A stretch of DNA of 64,000 bases from Planctomyces sp. SH-PL62 (GTDB taxonomy: Bacteria > Planctomycetota > Planctomycetia > Planctomycetales > Planctomycetaceae): assembly GCA_945893045.1 (NCBI GenBank), contig CAMDEA010000004.1, forward strand, positions 40,717 through 104,716, in the 5' to 3' direction. A program made the translations under genes and the position numbers. Positions 28,901 through 38,046 of the stretch are shown one piece after another (position 1 is the first letter of the stretch; each line of letters opens with the position of its first letter). The notes beneath the pieces were generated by a model that worked only from the letters and a program-made list of their open reading frames with translations, was not told where the DNA came from and ran no database searches.

Positions 28901-31057
28901 CTCGCGGAACTACGGAAAGTGAGTTCGCTGCCGGTCCTCTTCTCGCTCATCGAAGAGCGTGACGCCAACGGCCAAGTCGATGCCGTCGCTGGGCTGAGCC
29001 AACTCCTGGTGGAGCAGCCGGCTGCCGAGCTGAAGAAGGCGCGCGGTCGGATCGAGAACCTCGCGATGAAGTCCAAAGCGGCTCCGATTCGGCAGCTCGG
29101 ATACGTCGCTTGGATCACGACCGACGGATCGGGCGATGCGGCATTCTTCGCCGCGTCGAAGAGCAAAGAGAGCCTGCGCGATCTGCTCGCCGCCGTGCCG
29201 CAAATCAGCGATGAGAAACTGCGCGGCAGCCTCTACAACGAGGTCCGCTCGCTCATGTTCGAACTGCCGCCGAATCTCCAGGCCGAAGCGGGAAGCTTGG
29301 CGCTGCTGCAAGGCGGCATTCAAGTCGATTACTTCCATCCGAATCCGCCGAACGTCGCCGTGGAAACGCTGACGAAGCTCAAGCCGCAAGCCAGCGGCAT
29401 CGTGCCACAGATCGTGATGAACGTGCCGCAGAAGAAAGAATCTGATGCGTTCGCGCTCCGCTTCACCGGCCTGATCCAGATTCCGAAGAGCGGCAAGTAC
29501 ACGTTCTTCATCGCGTCGGACGACGGCTCGCGCGTCTACATCGACGACAAGCTGCTGATTAACAACGACCGGCTGCAAGGCATGACCGAGAAGAACGGAG
29601 CCGTCGAACTCGCCGCCGGCCCGCACCCGATCGTCGTGACGTACTTCGACAACGGCGGCGGCGACGGATTGGAAGTCGCCTGGTCCGGTCCCGATTTTCC
29701 GAAACAGAAAATCGCCGCGAACAACCTCACCGTGAGCGGCGGCGGAGAGACGCTGCACGACGTCGCGATCCGCTCACTGACCGCGATCCCCGGTCACGAC
29801 GCTGAGAAATTCCTCGATCTCGCGTCGCTGGTGAAAGCCGATCGACACCGCTCGGCAGCAATCAGCGCATTACGAGCAATCCCCGAACAACACTGGGCAC
29901 CGAAGGAAGTGCCGGGACTCGTCGATAACCTCGTCGGCTATCTCAGCGGCATCCCGGCCCGCTTCCGCACGGCGGGGCCAGCGCTGGAAGCGGTCGCACT
30001 CGCGAAGTCGCTCTCATCGAAACTGCCGGCCGATCAGGCGAAAGCGATCGCCGATCGCCTGGAGAATCTCGACGTCCGCGTGATTGCGATTGGCACCGTC
30101 GTCGAACGCATGATCTACGACAAAGAAACGATCGTCGTGCAGGCCGGCAAGCCGGTCGAATTCCGTTTCGCGAACACCGACAACATGCCTCACAACTTCG
30201 CGATCGTGCAGCCCGGCTCGTTGGAAGAGATCGGACAACTGGCCGAAGCGACGGGCCGCGACGCGGACGCCAAAGACCGGCAGTTCATCCCCAAGTCCGA
30301 CAAGGTGCTGCTGGGGAGCCGTTTGCTGGGACCAGGCGAGAAGCAAGCTCTGAGTTATGACGTGCCGAAGGTGCCCGGCGTTTATCCGTATGTCTGCACT
30401 TACCCCGGCCACTGGCGGCGCATGTACGGAGCGTTGTACGTCGTCGCGAATCTGGAGGAGTATCAAGGCAACCCCGAAAAATACCTCGCGGCAAATCCGT
30501 TGCCGGTTCGCGACGAACTCATGAAGTCGATCGGTCGCAACACCGAATGGAAGTTCGACGACCTGATTGGTGACGTCAAGAAGTTGCCGCATGGTCGCTC
30601 GTTCGACGTCGGCAAGAATCTTTTCAAAGTGGCCAACTGCGTCGGCTGCCACAAGCTCAACAACGAAGGCCGCGAACTTGGACCGGACCTGACCAAGATC
30701 GAACCCAAGAAGCACACGACCGACGAACTGCTGCGTTCGATCCTGGAACCGTCCAAAGAGATTGCCGAGAAATATCAGTCGAATGCCTTCGTGCTCGATT
30801 CCGGCAAGGTCGTCACGGGCATGATCGTTTCGGAAACGCCGACGGAGATCAAAGTCCTCGTCGATCCGCTCTCGAAAGGGGAACCCGCCGTGTTGCAGAA
30901 GTCGGAGATCGAAGAACGTCGCAAGTCGCCCGTCTCGATCATGCCGCAAGGTCTGTTGAGCAAGCTGACGCGCGAGGAGATTCTCGACTTGATCGCCTAT
31001 GTGTTCGCCCGCGGCGACAAGAAGCACACGCTCTTCGACGAGCATCACCATCATTGA
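25937..31057 (+). CDS. PVC-type heme-binding protein: SGNH-like, glucose/sorbosone-dehydrogenase-like propeller, HEAT, PA14, cupredoxin and cytochrome c
   Basis: GAGGA RBS; IGNTLA/RNLGYSG/FGYNE/NGIH; LFASEE, DTDGDDKAD, FRPTDV, GRIYRV; YTFFIASDDGS; MPHNF..CTYPGHWRRM; CVGCH..GPDLT..SIMP; ends HHHH. Confidence 0.92.
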   Translation: MMLKSVFQTVATFARTWANRRLAHVLASPLKNSERCNPKRERGSETPRIQESNSLADASGYIFQQAVANVATTGLLLTLLTLWPSSAPAAEPALQLKKGDRISYIGNTLADRMQHSAWLETYLHAINPEMDLTFRNLGYSGDELKLRQREDNFGSPDQWLTKNKASVVFCFFGYNEALRGAPGLEGFRKDLAETIDGMLAQKYDGEAPPRLVFFSPIAHENLKNPNLPDGSANNAKLAIYTKAMQEVCQAKKVLFVDLFAPTQKLYAAADKPLTMNGIHLLDHGDRAVANVIVKELFGVTKIDKAEKELEYLRQAVLDKNYHWFSRYRVVDGYNVFGGRSKLAWFGQSNADVMMREMEIFDVKTANRDERIWAVARGSDRAVSDINLPKEIEVKTNIPGKLDGGKHQYLGGKEAIDKMKIAAGMQVNLFASEEMFPEIVNPVQMAVDTNGRLFASVWPSYPHWNPTEPRRDRIVCLPDDNGDGVADRCVIFADELNSVTGFEFWGGGMLVAALPELWFLKDTDGDDKADVKIRMLQGMSSADSHHSANAVLMGPDGWLYWSRGIFNVAANETPTQTFRSGASGVHRFNPRTFEMEFHFPIGPNPHGDVIDQWGYQFANDGTGGVGSYVSIGKGVGAKPWFKMRVRPVAATGILSSSHFPDQNQGNFLICNCIGFLGVLQHEVKYNGAEITATEIEPILVSSDPNFRPTDVEIGGDGALYVSDWSNAIIGHMQHNMRDPNRDHEHGRIYRVTAKDRPLLKPLKLKDKPIAEVCQAFFTKENSNRYRARLELSGRETKEVTAAVGQWASALNPAKPDEAQALLECLWVFEEHRVPNLELLQRVFTAAEPRVRAAAIRTLGHWGTRLTNWEPTLLAAARDDSALVRAEAVKSAVSFEGLTAAEAIFEAATRPTDPELDTVLNYARGKINVDKFVQEAVASKKPLSKAAQSYALRNASVDDLLKLPRTEAVYEAILKRPNASATALRESLRGLAELRKVSSLPVLFSLIEERDANGQVDAVAGLSQLLVEQPAAELKKARGRIENLAMKSKAAPIRQLGYVAWITTDGSGDAAFFAASKSKESLRDLLAAVPQISDEKLRGSLYNEVRSLMFELPPNLQAEAGSLALLQGGIQVDYFHPNPPNVAVETLTKLKPQASGIVPQIVMNVPQKKESDAFALRFTGLIQIPKSGKYTFFIASDDGSRVYIDDKLLINNDRLQGMTEKNGAVELAAGPHPIVVTYFDNGGGDGLEVAWSGPDFPKQKIAANNLTVSGGGETLHDVAIRSLTAIPGHDAEKFLDLASLVKADRHRSAAISALRAIPEQHWAPKEVPGLVDNLVGYLSGIPARFRTAGPALEAVALAKSLSSKLPADQAKAIADRLENLDVRVIAIGTVVERMIYDKETIVVQAGKPVEFRFANTDNMPHNFAIVQPGSLEEIGQLAEATGRDADAKDRQFIPKSDKVLLGSRLLGPGEKQALSYDVPKVPGVYPYVCTYPGHWRRMYGALYVVANLEEYQGNPEKYLAANPLPVRDELMKSIGRNTEWKFDDLIGDVKKLPHGRSFDVGKNLFKVANCVGCHKLNNEGRELGPDLTKIEPKKHTTDELLRSILEPSKEIAEKYQSNAFVLDSGKVVTGMIVSETPTEIKVLVDPLSKGEPAVLQKSEIEERRKSPVSIMPQGLLSKLTREEILDLIAYVFARGDKKHTLFDEHHHH
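25964..26151. mobile_element. Three-layer nested element: family B REP doublet containing a MITE (26017-26135, TGGC duplication) containing a family A REP doublet (26043-26119)
   Basis: Terminal repeats CAGCCCGTTAAAAAA / TTTTTCAACAGGCGG (12/15); TGGC at 26013-26016 and 26136-26139; excision restores the family B right arm. Confidence 0.88.
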
Positions 31058-31125
31058 TGCCGTGTCGCAGGCCAACAGCGGTTAGGCTTTCTTGGGAGAG
31101 CCGTGTGATCCATGTCACAGAACTT

Positions 31126-31172
31126 GGCCCCGGTTCATCCCAGAAAACCGGAACTAGCGCCGCGCGGCTAAT
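31126..31172. repeat. Truncated REP doublet between convergent genes (same family as 22506-22778)
   Basis: ggccccggtt..aaccggaactagcgccgcgcggctaat. Confidence 0.5.
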
Positions 31173-31186
31173 TTCTGCGACGCGGA

Positions 31187-33430
31187 TTACACGTACCCGC
31201 GGAAGAGCCGGAGTGTCCAGTCCGCAGCCAGCAACACGCACAGCAGCAAGATCAGCGAAAAATTGTGCCAGAGGTCGAACGCTTGGCGGCGGACCACGGT
31301 TGTTGACGATCGCGAGTCGGAACCGATCCAACCATCGGTCAGGCTGGGATCGATCCGGCGTCCGCCAGTGGCACTCGCCCAGCGTTCGAGAACCGCGAAG
31401 TCCACCGGCGATCCATCGGATTCGTTTCCGCGAGGACTGACTTCGATGACGACCGCTGCCTCCGCCACGTTCTGGCCTTCGCTGCGAGCGGTCACTTCGA
31501 TGCGATAGCGTCCCGGTTGCGACGGCTCGAATTGCGCGGACGGCGAGGCACTCATCGGTTCGCGAGCTTGCAGCGCGAGAGGCAACCGTCGGCCATTCGG
31601 GAGGACGACGGTTCCCTCCAATGCCGGCGCGGCCGATTCTTCAACTGCGGAGATTTCCGTCGCGATCCGGATCGAATCGCCGACTCGATACTGCGTCTGT
31701 TCTGGCCGCAGGAACAATTGGCGGCGGGCCGACGTTTGCTCGGTAGGAGCCAAGGCTCGGAAGGCGTGCTGCCAGAACGCGGAATGCAGCGTCACGCCAT
31801 CATCCGTTCGAGGGCCGTGCGATTGCCAGCGCCACAAGGTGTCCGTGCCGATGAATAAGACCCGCCCGCGTCCGACGCTTTGTTCCGCGATCACCACCAG
31901 CGGACCATAGGCGTTTTGTTGGCCGGCCGTTTCCAAGAGCACCGTGGCCAGCGGGCGTTTGCGGAGCACCGGATAGACATGATCCAACGTCGGCAACGTT
32001 GCGGCGACTTCAGAGGTCGTCGCCTTGTTCTCCGTCAACGTGAACCACGAATTGGCTTTTCCTTCCGGGGTGAGCCGCACTTCGATTTGTCCGGAAATGG
32101 GAGTACCCGATTCGCGTGTCAGCTCCACCGGCAACAGGCGCGTCAGTTCGGGAGTATCAACCCATTCCTCCAGATGCGTGCCGGCCATCACCACCAGAGA
32201 TTTGCCTCCTTCCGTGACGGCTCCGTAGATATGACGGGCCAGGCCGCGCGGCCACGTCGCCGGCCGCACGTCGCCCAACACGAGCGTATCGAAGCCGTCG
32301 ATTTCGCTGCGGCTCTGCGGAAATCCTCCCAGCTTGACGCGGCGTTCCGGCTCGCCGAATTGCACGAACGCATTTTCGCCGCGCGACAACAGCGCCGTCA
32401 GGCTGAAGCTCGGATCATCTTCCAGCACACGGCGGAGGTATTTGAATTCCCACCGCCAACTGTCTTCGAGGATCAGCACATCGTGGCGATCATCGACCGC
32501 CTGCACGTTGACCGCATAAGCCTGATCGACCGACGTTTCGCCCTGCATCAACTGAAAGCGGTAGCGTTTGAGTCCCGCCTCTTTCGGTCGATGCGTGACG
32601 ATCGCGAACTGATCCTGCCCGGCAATCAATCCAGTCAATTCGCGCCGCTGGATTTCCTGGCCATCCTCTTCGACAACGAGCGTCAGCCGATCCAGAGCCT
32701 GATGCGGACGAACTGTGACCTGAAACGCCGTCTCCGATCCGATGAGCACGCGTTGCGCCGCTTGGACCAGCACAATTTCCGCAGACGTGGTTGCCGGTTG
32801 ATCGGAAGCTTTCGCCGGGGCCAGCACATCGAGCGACAACCCCAATTTGTTGGCAACGGCAACAACATCGGCGGAACTGCGATGTTGTCCGTCACTGACG
32901 ATCAGCGCGCGGCTCGGCGTGGCGGACGATTCACGCGACGCATTGAGTAGTCGCACGTAGTTCCAGGCCGACTTCAAACTCGCCGCGACATCGGTCCCCT
33001 CACCGCGAGGCGCGGCTTGATCGAGAGCCACTAGCGTGGTCGGATAGGCTCGCCGGTCGAACGTGAACCAGTGCAGCGCATGAGTCCGAGCGGCAGCCTG
33101 CATCGCCGGGCTGTTCGCGAGTTGTTGCTGCACGTCCTCGAAGCGTGTGCCGTTGACCGCTGGCGACGACATGCTCGCCGAAGTATCGACCAGCACCAGC
33201 AGACTGGGTGAATCGGCAACCGTCCGCGACACCGACAGCACCGGCTGAAACAAGCCCAGGACTAACAGCACGACCATGCCAATTCGTAGCACGGCCAACT
33301 GCACGATCGAACGTCGCGGAACGTGCTTCTGGATCAACAGCCGACTGCCAATCCATAACGCCCCGAGCAGTGCGAGGCCAATCAGCGCGATCAATGCGGG
33401 ATGCAAGACGGGAAAGAGCTGCCAGATCAT
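31187..33430 (-). CDS. Membrane-anchored vWA and glutamine-amidotransferase-like domain protein
   Basis: Two N-terminal TM segments, LVDTSASM and IVSDGQ (MIDAS), RWEFKYLRR, GRGRVLF..LWRW, C-terminal TM; start overlaps the upstream stop. Confidence 0.85.
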   Translation of the reverse strand: MIWQLFPVLHPALIALIGLALLGALWIGSRLLIQKHVPRRSIVQLAVLRIGMVVLLVLGLFQPVLSVSRTVADSPSLLVLVDTSASMSSPAVNGTRFEDVQQQLANSPAMQAAARTHALHWFTFDRRAYPTTLVALDQAAPRGEGTDVAASLKSAWNYVRLLNASRESSATPSRALIVSDGQHRSSADVVAVANKLGLSLDVLAPAKASDQPATTSAEIVLVQAAQRVLIGSETAFQVTVRPHQALDRLTLVVEEDGQEIQRRELTGLIAGQDQFAIVTHRPKEAGLKRYRFQLMQGETSVDQAYAVNVQAVDDRHDVLILEDSWRWEFKYLRRVLEDDPSFSLTALLSRGENAFVQFGEPERRVKLGGFPQSRSEIDGFDTLVLGDVRPATWPRGLARHIYGAVTEGGKSLVVMAGTHLEEWVDTPELTRLLPVELTRESGTPISGQIEVRLTPEGKANSWFTLTENKATTSEVAATLPTLDHVYPVLRKRPLATVLLETAGQQNAYGPLVVIAEQSVGRGRVLFIGTDTLWRWQSHGPRTDDGVTLHSAFWQHAFRALAPTEQTSARRQLFLRPEQTQYRVGDSIRIATEISAVEESAAPALEGTVVLPNGRRLPLALQAREPMSASPSAQFEPSQPGRYRIEVTARSEGQNVAEAAVVIEVSPRGNESDGSPVDFAVLERWASATGGRRIDPSLTDGWIGSDSRSSTTVVRRQAFDLWHNFSLILLLCVLLAADWTLRLFRGYV

Positions 33431-35736
33431 CACGGCGTGGCTCCTTCCCGTTCGCGCAGTGGAGCGACAAAGCCGCGCCGGCGCTGATGCGAGGTGCTCA
33501 GTGCCGGATTCATTCGCGGACACAACCAGTGCGCCAAGAAAAACTCGGCGAGCAAGCAGAGGCATGCCAAGCTGATGAGCCACGGTTCCAGAGCCAGCCG
33601 ACGATCAACAGACGCGACTTTCGTGGCCGACGTATTCGGCTGCTCGATGCTGATTTCGGCGGGAGACCACCAAGCACGAAATTTGTCCGGCTCAATCGGT
33701 TCCAGACGGCTGTCAGCTCGGCCGGGTTGAACGACCAAAATCAACTCCGACTCCGCACCAGCGTGTGGCTGGATGTGGTAGAAGCCGGACTCTGCCGTGT
33801 CAGACAGCGTGAGCCACGCGCGATTCGACACCGAATGCACCGAACCTGACAACGCACGGCCAGCCGGCGAGATGACCCGCGGAGATCCGTTCGTGAGCGG
33901 CACGGCGCTAGCCGCCGGTGTCTGGCCCTGACCGGCGGCTAGCGCCGTGCCGCTCAAATGGGACTTGCCACGAACTTCCATCTCGGTCTCGAAAACTGAT
34001 TCCGGCAGCGCCACGGTGATCGTCTCACCGCAAGTTGCCTGACGTCGAAGTCCAGCCGATTGCAGATGCAGCAGCAGGCGATCCACGAGGGGCACGAAAC
34101 TTTTGCGGCGCGGCAGATCGCACCAGCGGTCATCGGCCGAGCCGTTGATCACGATCACGCGACCGGCTTCCACACTTCGCGCGATCAGGGCCGGAGTTCC
34201 GTCCTCCAACGTCGCCAGCACTTCATCGGTCGCCGTCAGCGAACCGAAACGATGCCACGCTCGCGACTCGGTGCCAGCCAGATCGCCCACCTCCGGATCG
34301 ACCAAGCCGGTCAGCAACGGGTGGCGATCGTTCCATTGTTTCCACGGCGATAACCCGCTTCGCTTCGCATCGGCTTGAACGCTTCCCGATAATTCCGCAG
34401 GCAGCAAGCTGTGCGTAGGATCGAGCGGTCGCACAAACGCTCGATTGTAAAGTTCCGTATCGACCGTCGGTCCGAGGAACATGGCCAAGCCGGCACCGCG
34501 ACGAACTCGTTCCGAGATCGCGGTGAATAACGCTTCGCTCAGACCGGGGACATCGGCCAACAGGATCACATCGGCCGACGCGATTTCCGCCGCCGACACG
34601 GTGATCGGAGTCTGGATCACCAGCCGTCCGTCAGCCGCCACCGAGCCGGTTTCCGCCAGCGAACGAATCGCCGTTTCCAATGCCAGACCGGGACGCACTG
34701 CGGCATCAACTCCAGCGCTGGGAGTGATCAGCAGCAGCCGCGGATCGCCGGCGCTGTCGAGATCGCAGAAATACACATCGTCATCGGGCAACTCATCCGA
34801 CGGTTCCAGTTTCAGCGTGACCAGACTTCCCTTCCGATCAAACGTCGTGGGCAATGGTAAGTCGAGCACCGTTCGTCGTCCCGGTTGCAAGGTCAGCGGA
34901 AACTCTTGTGGTTCGACGCCGGACAAACCGGAAACTCGCAGCGTTCGCTGCATGACGCCGTCACTGGTACAAGAGGCTTCCACATGCAGCACGGTTTCTG
35001 AATTTCGAGTTCGCAATCGTGTGGAGGTGAGCCAGGCATTCCGCGGCGCGGGCAAGCCGACATCGATCAATCGCAACGAGACCTTGGCTTGCTCGGCGAT
35101 CTCTCCAGCGAACATCGAAATCTCACTCGTGTTCCAGCCATTCGCAGGGTTGTCGGTCAGGAAGACGACTTCGACCTGGACTCCCGGACGCCGCTGTGCC
35201 AACAACGAACGAATCGGTTCAAACGCGGAGTCGAGCTGCGTCTCCGCCAGTCCCGATTGCAGACCAGATAACGCTGGCAGATACAGAGTGGCCTCGTTGG
35301 TCCACGGAGCCAGCACTTCGGTCGTGCTCCCCGTGAGCAGCACGGCCGTCCGATCTCCCGGCAGCGTTTTGCGGATCAGTTGCGAAGCGAGATCGCGCGC
35401 AGTCTCCCACGGAGTCGGACGTCCTTCGGCACGTCGCCCCATGCTGCGGCTGATGTCGAGCACCACGATGCGATCGAGACCGGTGGCCATTCCAGTCGGA
35501 GACCAGATCGGCCGCGAGAGAGCCAGCACCAGCAGCGTCAGAAATCCGGCTCGCAACAAGAACAGCAACACCTGATGCCACTGAATCCGCCGCGCCATCC
35601 GCTGCTGAGTCAGATGCAACCAACGCAAACTGCTGAACGGCGTCTGCCGCACATGCCGAGGCTTGAAGAGATGCACGACAATGGGAATGGCCAGCAAGAC
35701 CAGACCAAACAGCGCGCCGGAGTTTAAGAAGGTCAT
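33430..35736 (-). CDS. BatA N-terminal double-TM, vWA and GATase-like protein
   Basis: MTFLN..IPIVVHL..FSSLRWL..LLFLLR..RP; LDISRSM; FLTD; DLPRRKSFVPL; C-terminal TM. Confidence 0.88.
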   Translation of the reverse strand: MTFLNSGALFGLVLLAIPIVVHLFKPRHVRQTPFSSLRWLHLTQQRMARRIQWHQVLLFLLRAGFLTLLVLALSRPIWSPTGMATGLDRIVVLDISRSMGRRAEGRPTPWETARDLASQLIRKTLPGDRTAVLLTGSTTEVLAPWTNEATLYLPALSGLQSGLAETQLDSAFEPIRSLLAQRRPGVQVEVVFLTDNPANGWNTSEISMFAGEIAEQAKVSLRLIDVGLPAPRNAWLTSTRLRTRNSETVLHVEASCTSDGVMQRTLRVSGLSGVEPQEFPLTLQPGRRTVLDLPLPTTFDRKGSLVTLKLEPSDELPDDDVYFCDLDSAGDPRLLLITPSAGVDAAVRPGLALETAIRSLAETGSVAADGRLVIQTPITVSAAEIASADVILLADVPGLSEALFTAISERVRRGAGLAMFLGPTVDTELYNRAFVRPLDPTHSLLPAELSGSVQADAKRSGLSPWKQWNDRHPLLTGLVDPEVGDLAGTESRAWHRFGSLTATDEVLATLEDGTPALIARSVEAGRVIVINGSADDRWCDLPRRKSFVPLVDRLLLHLQSAGLRRQATCGETITVALPESVFETEMEVRGKSHLSGTALAAGQGQTPAASAVPLTNGSPRVISPAGRALSGSVHSVSNRAWLTLSDTAESGFYHIQPHAGAESELILVVQPGRADSRLEPIEPDKFRAWWSPAEISIEQPNTSATKVASVDRRLALEPWLISLACLCLLAEFFLAHWLCPRMNPALSTSHQRRRGFVAPLREREGATP
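33894..33956. repeat. Palindromic doublet (family E), 63 bp, in frame inside the BatA-domain gene
   Basis: tgagcggcacggcgctagccgccggt..accggcggctagcgccgtgccgctca; encodes LSGTALAAGQGQTPAASAVPL. Confidence 0.9.
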
Positions 35737-36788
35737 CGTCGCACCTTGCTGCGCCGGTTCAAATACGCCGACAGCGCCTGATCGTAGGGCTGTCGAGTGT
35801 TGATCAAGTGATAGTCGATGCCGGCTTCCGCCAAACCTTTTCGATAGAACTCACCACTCTGCCGAACTTGTTCGAGATAGCCGTCGCGTACCGCCGCCGG
35901 ATCAATCTCCAACTCCTCACCGGTTTCCATGTCACGGAACTGAGTTGCTCCTTGAAACGGGAACTCCAGTTCGGCGGCATCCTGAAGATGGAACACGATC
36001 ACATCGTGCTTCAGACTGCGCAGTTGCCGGATGGCTCGCAGCGTTTGATCGGGGTCGTCGATCAAATCGCTGATGACGACGACCATCCCCCGCCGTTTGA
36101 GATTCCGCGCGATCTGCCGCAGGCTGCTCGGCATGTCGGTGCCACCAGCCGGCGGATTGTCGATCATCACGCGCATCATCTGACTCAGATGCGGTCGGCG
36201 GCAGCGGGGCTGCACCAACAGGCCCGGCTTCGTCCCGAACAACGCCAGCCCGCAAGCATCCTGTTGCCGCAGCACCAAATAACCCAGGCAACTGGCGAGG
36301 AAGCAGGCGTAATCCCATTTAGTCAGCAAGCCAGTGCCGAAGGCCATCGACGCGGAACGGTCCATGAGCAGATAGCAGCGGAGATTCGTTTCCTCTTCAA
36401 ACCGCTTGATGTAGTAATGGTCCGTGCGAGCATACAGATGCCAGTCGAGATACTTCAGATCGTCGCCGGCAACGTACTCCCGATGATCGGCGAACTCCAC
36501 GGAGAAACCGTGAAAGGGACTCTTGTGGAGTCCATTCAAAAAGCCTTCCACAACCAACCGTGCCAACAGCGGCGATAAGCCGATGCGAGCCAGCACTTCC
36601 GGTTGCAGATATTTTTCTGATGCGGTCCCAGGTAACCCTTCCGCCAAAACCGGCTGTCCCGTTTGCTGTGCCAGAGCCTGATGCAATTTCTGCATGAGCA
36701 CCGACGCTGCCGGACCAAGCTGCCGCCACCAAGCCGTTCGCGGCCCGGTTCGCTGCGGTGTGGTTAGAGGTTGAAGGCTTGTGGACAT
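35733..36788 (-). CDS. DUF58 domain protein (MoxR-associated)
   Basis: GLHKSPFHGFSVEFADHREYVAGDDLKYLDW, KRFEEET, DRSASM, VISD; exact start uncertain. Confidence 0.93.
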   Translation of the reverse strand: MSTSLQPLTTPQRTGPRTAWWRQLGPAASVLMQKLHQALAQQTGQPVLAEGLPGTASEKYLQPEVLARIGLSPLLARLVVEGFLNGLHKSPFHGFSVEFADHREYVAGDDLKYLDWHLYARTDHYYIKRFEEETNLRCYLLMDRSASMAFGTGLLTKWDYACFLASCLGYLVLRQQDACGLALFGTKPGLLVQPRCRRPHLSQMMRVMIDNPPAGGTDMPSSLRQIARNLKRRGMVVVISDLIDDPDQTLRAIRQLRSLKHDVIVFHLQDAAELEFPFQGATQFRDMETGEELEIDPAAVRDGYLEQVRQSGEFYRKGLAEAGIDYHLINTRQPYDQALSAYLNRRSKVRR

Positions 36789-36812
36789 CGCGGCTATTCG
36801 TTGAAAGGGTTG

Positions 36813-36873
36813 TGAGCGACAAGGCGCTAGCCGTCGGTTCTTCAAAGACCGGCGGCTAGCGCCGTTCCGCTCA
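36813..36873. repeat. Palindromic doublet (family E), 61 bp, intergenic
   Basis: tgagcgacaaggcgctagccgtcggt..accggcggctagcgccgttccgctca. Confidence 0.85.
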
Positions 36874-36888
36874 ATGAAGCGCCATCAC

Positions 36889-37896
36889 TTACTTCTTCCG
36901 CTCCGGCACGATTTCGAGAAGCCGGCGGACGATGTCGTCCGTCGTCGTCCCTTCGGCCTCGGCGGCGAAGCTGCACGAGAGACGATGACGCAGCACCGGG
37001 AGCGCCAGATGACGCACGTCATCGCACGACACGTTGATCCGACCATTCAACGCGGCGAGACACTTCGCACACAAGATCAGAGCTTGGCTGGCGCGGGGAC
37101 CGGCTCCCCAGGAGATCTGGTCCTCGATGAAATCCGGGACACCCGGTTCGCCCGGTCTCGTCGCGCGGACCAGATCGACGGCGTACTGCGTGACATGCTT
37201 CGATACGGGAAGACTCCGCACGAGCCTCTGCATGTTAAGGACGGTGTCTTGATCGCAGATCGGCTGAAGATCGACGGTCGCGTTCGACGTCGTCCGCTCG
37301 ACGATCTGTTCTTCTTCTTCCAAGCCGGGGTATTTGATGAACGTGTTGAGCAGGAAGCGGTCCTTCTGAGCTTCGGGCAACGGATACGTCCCTTCCTGAT
37401 CGATCGGGTTTTGCGTCGCCAGCACGAAGAACGGTTTTGCGAGCGGGTATGTCTTGCCGCCCGCCGTGACTTCATGCTCTTGCATCGCCTGCAACAGCGC
37501 GGCCTGCGTCTTCGGCGGCGTGCGGTTGATTTCGTCGGCGAGCACGATGTTGGTGAAGATCGGACCGGCCACGAACACCGTCACGCGCTTGCCGGTCGTG
37601 TGGTCATCCTCGATGACATTCGTTCCGACGATGTCCGACGGCATCAAGTCGGGCGTGAATTGGATGCGTTTGAAATTCAACGACAGCAGTTGGGCCAACG
37701 TGTTGATCATCAACGTCTTGGCCAGGCCGGGAACTCCTTCCAAGAGATTGTGCCCGCCGGCGAAGATCGTGATCAGCAATTCCTCCAGAACGGATCGCTG
37801 CCCGACGATCGCACGGGACATGCCGTCCAACATGCGGGTGTGAAGGTCTTTCAATTGCGCTAAATCACGCTCGATGTCGGCAGGTTCGTTGTTCAC
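36889..37896 (-). CDS. moxR: MoxR family AAA+ ATPase
   Basis: GVPGLAKT, RIQFTPDLMPSD, LADEINRTPPKTQAALL, ATQNP, GTYPLPEAQKDRF. GTG 37896 chosen because the longer start reads through a repeat. Confidence 0.95.
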   Translation of the reverse strand: MNNEPADIERDLAQLKDLHTRMLDGMSRAIVGQRSVLEELLITIFAGGHNLLEGVPGLAKTLMINTLAQLLSLNFKRIQFTPDLMPSDIVGTNVIEDDHTTGKRVTVFVAGPIFTNIVLADEINRTPPKTQAALLQAMQEHEVTAGGKTYPLAKPFFVLATQNPIDQEGTYPLPEAQKDRFLLNTFIKYPGLEEEEQIVERTTSNATVDLQPICDQDTVLNMQRLVRSLPVSKHVTQYAVDLVRATRPGEPGVPDFIEDQISWGAGPRASQALILCAKCLAALNGRINVSCDDVRHLALPVLRHRLSCSFAAEAEGTTTDDIVRRLLEIVPERKK

Positions 37897-37909
37897 GGTG
37901 GGACTTTCA

Positions 37910-38046
37910 GAAATGACGAATGACGAAGTACCCAATGACGAAGGAATGACGAAATCCGAATGACGAATCACGATGGTGGGGCCCTGATTTGGGTTTCGTC
38001 ATTCGGATTTCTTTCGTCATTGGGTATTTCGTCATTCGTCACTTTC
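37910..38046. repeat. Inverted array of AATGACGA units forming a long hairpin
   Basis: Five aatgacga units, then four tcgtca(tt) units in the opposite orientation. Confidence 0.85.

Noticed and set aside
37910..38046. Possible CRISPR array
   Set aside because: Units are 7-8 nt, arranged as an inverted set, with no unique 30-40 nt spacers and no cas genes.
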